From Candidatus Latescibacterota bacterium (GTDB taxonomy: Bacteria > Latescibacterota > UBA2968), in contig OZ241986.1 of assembly GCA_965204375.1 (NCBI GenBank), forward strand, positions 5,760,001 through 5,824,000: a stretch of 64,000 nucleotides of DNA, in the 5' to 3' direction. The notes below the pieces were generated by a model. The model did not search any database. It was not told the origin of the DNA and saw nothing but the letters and a program-made list of their open reading frames with translations. Of the stretch, positions 61,487 through 64,000 are shown piece after piece (position 1 is the first letter of the stretch; every line of letters begins with the position of its first letter). A program made the translations under genes and the position numbers.

Positions 61487-62230
61487 TTACATCACATAGT
61501 ATTTGACCGAAAGTCCGATCTCGAAATAGTGCAGCGGAAAGGTCCGCGCGACGCCATAAGATTCCAGCTGGCGCAATTCCCCGATCAGCAAGTTCCACCG
61601 CGCCCGCGCATCAACTGCTGCGCGACCACCTGCTAATACCTCTATACCCAAACCCACGTTGAGCCCCCACGCCACATCCGTATCGTCAAACGGCGCCAAC
61701 TCCAATGTCGTATCAATCCCTCCGCCCAGATTCGGTTGTCCTGCAAAGATCAGGCCCGACACCGAATTTTTGTAGTGGTAAAACCCACCGCCATAGGCGA
61801 TGAAGGGACCTCCGGTCACGCCATCCGAACCACCTGTTCGCTCTTTCAGGTGATACAGGCCGTTGATCGTAAACGCATTGACCGTCATGTAATTGCGCGC
61901 CAGCGGGCTTGTGATTTTCTGCCACTCCTCCGGCTTGTCTTCGGGCCAGTAAAAGGTGGCGTCTTCGATTTTGCCGGGATCAAAGCGCGTGCGGTGAAAT
62001 TCCACCTCTAAGGTATTGCGCGCATCTCGCGCATAGGTGAAATACAGCCCGAATGCTTCCTGTGCGCGGAAACGATCACTCATGCCGAACACGGGAAAGT
62101 TGAAGTTTCCGCTCAAACCCAAGCCAACTTTCCCCACCACGCCCGTGTCCTGTCCATGGGCATCGCCATAGCTATTGCCCGGAAGCGCGAAGAATATCAA
62201 ACAAACTGCGGAAATTATCCCTCGTTTCAT
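61487..62230 (-). CDS. Outer-membrane beta-barrel protein (small OMP-like)
   Basis: Signal peptide; alternating beta-strands PF...G.G, G.N.G.G.E; terminal GLSVKYY; RBS GGAGG. Confidence 0.7.
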   Translation of the reverse strand: MKRGIISAVCLIFFALPGNSYGDAHGQDTGVVGKVGLGLSGNFNFPVFGMSDRFRAQEAFGLYFTYARDARNTLEVEFHRTRFDPGKIEDATFYWPEDKPEEWQKITSPLARNYMTVNAFTINGLYHLKERTGGSDGVTGGPFIAYGGGFYHYKNSVSGLIFAGQPNLGGGIDTTLELAPFDDTDVAWGLNVGLGIEVLAGGRAAVDARARWNLLIGELRQLESYGVARTFPLHYFEIGLSVKYYVM

Positions 62231-62339
62231 ACGCGACCCTCCTTGTGAATGGCCCACTCAATGCGAGTGGAAATAATTAATGTGAAATACTATTTATCTT
62301 TATAGCTAATAAAAGTACGGATTAACAATAAATAATAAT

Positions 62340-62358
62340 TATAATGATAATAAATATT
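62340..62358. promoter_or_regulatory. Fur-box-like site upstream of the OMP-TBDR operon
   Basis: TATAATGATAATAAATATT matches GATAATGATAATCATTATC at 15/19; the AT-rich context lowers its significance. Confidence 0.4.
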
Positions 62359-62641
62359 AGCTCACCAAAAATTTAAAACGCCTGTACTCAGATGTCAAGC
62401 GGTTTCGGTTTTATTCAAGAAGAAATTTTCTATCTGACAGAAAGAGAATTCAGGAGAGTGCTTTGAACAAGCGTTCACGGACGTAGTCCACAAAGCTACG
62501 AGGTTATACGAAGGATGGATTTCAGGGTAGGTATTAGATGTATTAAATACCCCTGTATAAAGTGCTTGTGTTTGCTTATGGTTTTTGTATATAAATATGC
62601 TGGGAATCAGAGCACCCACTATCAGCTCAGGAGATTTGGGT

Positions 62642-63334
62642 ATGTTAAGGGTGCCTGTCGTATTTGCTTTATTGGTTTTTGTAACCCCTGCCTCGGCCGA
62701 TCCTCCACGGCTTTATATTGATACGCTGATTGAAAATCCCGCGTATAACAATAACTTACAGGAGTTGACAGAGAAACAACCGGGTGATACCATCAAATTT
62801 CAGATTTTTGCACCTGACGCTGCAGGGCAAAAGAGTCACGGTTACGTTGTTGAACTGGCTTTGCAGGGCAAAGCGTTTGACAGTTATATCGGCGATATCA
62901 ACGGAATTGGATGGACTGAAAAAAATATGCACTTTGCCCGTGCCAGGTCGGGCAATCCGACCTTAGCTATGCTATCTCTCGCTACGGTAACGATTCCGGC
63001 GAACGGGTACTTAGGCCAGATTACACTGAACGTGGCACATCCGCTAACTTCAGATATTGTTCTCATTATTCAAGCAGCAGCATGGGCAAACGGGGATGGG
63101 ATTCAAAATATGGATGCGTCCGGCGCAGCGATATCCTTTATGGAAACTCCCCCTTTTCCCGGCGATTTTGACGGTAATGAGATTGTCAACATGGCCGACT
63201 TCTTGTTCTTTGTTGCTGCATTTGGTACCCGGTCGGGAGATGCCAAATACAATGTGCTGGCGGATATGAATCGCAACGGGACCGTTGATATGTTTGACTT
63301 TTTACTCTTTGTCACTGCGTTTGGTGGTTCATAG
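62642..63334 (+). CDS. Secreted protein with C-terminal duplicated EF-hand/dockerin-like module
   Basis: Signal peptide ending PASA; beta-sandwich-like core; GDFDGNEIVNMADFLFFVAAFG...DMNRNGTVDMFDFLLFVTAFG. Confidence 0.75.
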   Translation: MLRVPVVFALLVFVTPASADPPRLYIDTLIENPAYNNNLQELTEKQPGDTIKFQIFAPDAAGQKSHGYVVELALQGKAFDSYIGDINGIGWTEKNMHFARARSGNPTLAMLSLATVTIPANGYLGQITLNVAHPLTSDIVLIIQAAAWANGDGIQNMDASGAAISFMETPPFPGDFDGNEIVNMADFLFFVAAFGTRSGDAKYNVLADMNRNGTVDMFDFLLFVTAFGGS

Positions 63335-63357
63335 AGTATGAAGTGGTTAATAGACCG

Positions 63358-63397
63358 ACCCCGCAAAGTGCTAACCACATTTTGCGGGGTTTTGTTT
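63358..63397 (+). terminator. Probable intrinsic terminator
   Basis: ACCCCGCAAA...TTTGCGGGGT followed by TTTGTTT, just downstream of the CDS stop. Confidence 0.65.
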
Positions 63398-63600
63398 ATG
63401 TGCTGTCCTTATAATGAAAATAAAAAAAAGTGCCATTTACGATTTTTTATGCAAAAAGTAGAAATATGCGGCACATAATAAGAAATAAGCGTAGTATTTT
63501 TTGAATTGCAATTCCACAAACGATTGTATTATTTTAAATTAAAAAGCCGCCGACAAGACCTGGAAAAGTCCCCTGTTAGCGGCGGGTTAGTATCTCAAGA

Positions 63601-64000
63601 GACGTGGCACACTCCGAGACAGAAGCCACCTATGCCTCTTTGTTTAAAGACCTTAAAAAGCGAGGTTTAAAAGGGGTGCAACTGGTCATCTCTGACCACC
63701 ACGAAGGCTTACAAAATGCCATCAAACGACACTTTCAGGGAGCCTCTTGGCAGCATTGTCAAACCCATTTTCACCGAAACATCAAAGGCATCACACCCCC
63801 CAAATACCAACGTGAGGTTGCCAAGGCACTCAAAGACGTTTTCAATGCACCCGATCACAATACCGCACAGCACCGCCTATCACAACTGATGGACACCTAT
63901 GAAGAGATACTGCCCAATGTTGTGGATAAAATAGACCGGGATATTATCCATTGTCTGGCCTGCTTCCACTTTCCTCAAAAGCATCAAAGACGCATCCGGA
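63601..64000 (+). mobile_element. IS256-family transposase fragment (5'-truncated, runs off the window)
   Basis: Manual translation: SETEATYASLFKDLKKRGLKGVQLVISDHHEGLQNAIKRHFQGASWQHCQTHFHRN...FP..H.RRIR; in-frame TAG at 63577 and no N-terminal half. Confidence 0.9.

Noticed and set aside
63340-63397. Structured ncRNA or antiterminator (GTGGTTA/TAACCAC alternative pairing)
   Set aside because: Only a 7-bp alternative helix; a simple terminator explains the region and I recognise no RNA family

Overview
A bacterial chromosome window with no rRNA, tRNA or CRISPR. Its gene content (PhyH dioxygenases, heparinase II/III, GWxTD, CRTAC1/ASPIC-UnbV, PorV, dockerin/EF-hand tags) suggests an FCB-affiliated lineage such as Latescibacterota or Gemmatimonadota; this is inference. 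From 1 to 33 kb it holds mixed catabolic and housekeeping genes: glcB, coaX, trmB, a glycogen debranching enzyme, a heparinase-like lyase, a GDP-mannose-epimerase/GHMP-kinase/double-cytidylyltransferase trio, an osmoprotectant ABC transporter and a Tm-1-like pair. The same stretch carries TA-like remnants, an orphan DNA methyltransferase, and modular 7-10 bp tandem-repeat/hairpin elements placed at gene ends. From 33 to 62 kb it is a cell-envelope block. It contains (i) an operon of TPR-GWxTD, UbiA prenyltransferase, membrane di-iron desaturase and a CruF-like hydratase fused to TPR; (ii) two CRTAC1/ASPIC-UnbV proteins, TPR/HEAT scaffolds, a DUF6785-like membrane protein, a MacB-type ABC transporter with a Cys-motif partner, and an 8-CxxCH cytochrome lipoprotein; and (iii) an OMP / TonB-dependent receptor / T9SS-CTD cargo / PorV operon with an upstream Fur-like box, in which the receptor is split by one extra T in a T7 run. 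The window ends in a 5'-truncated IS256 transposase. All family calls come from motif recognition by eye, not database searches.
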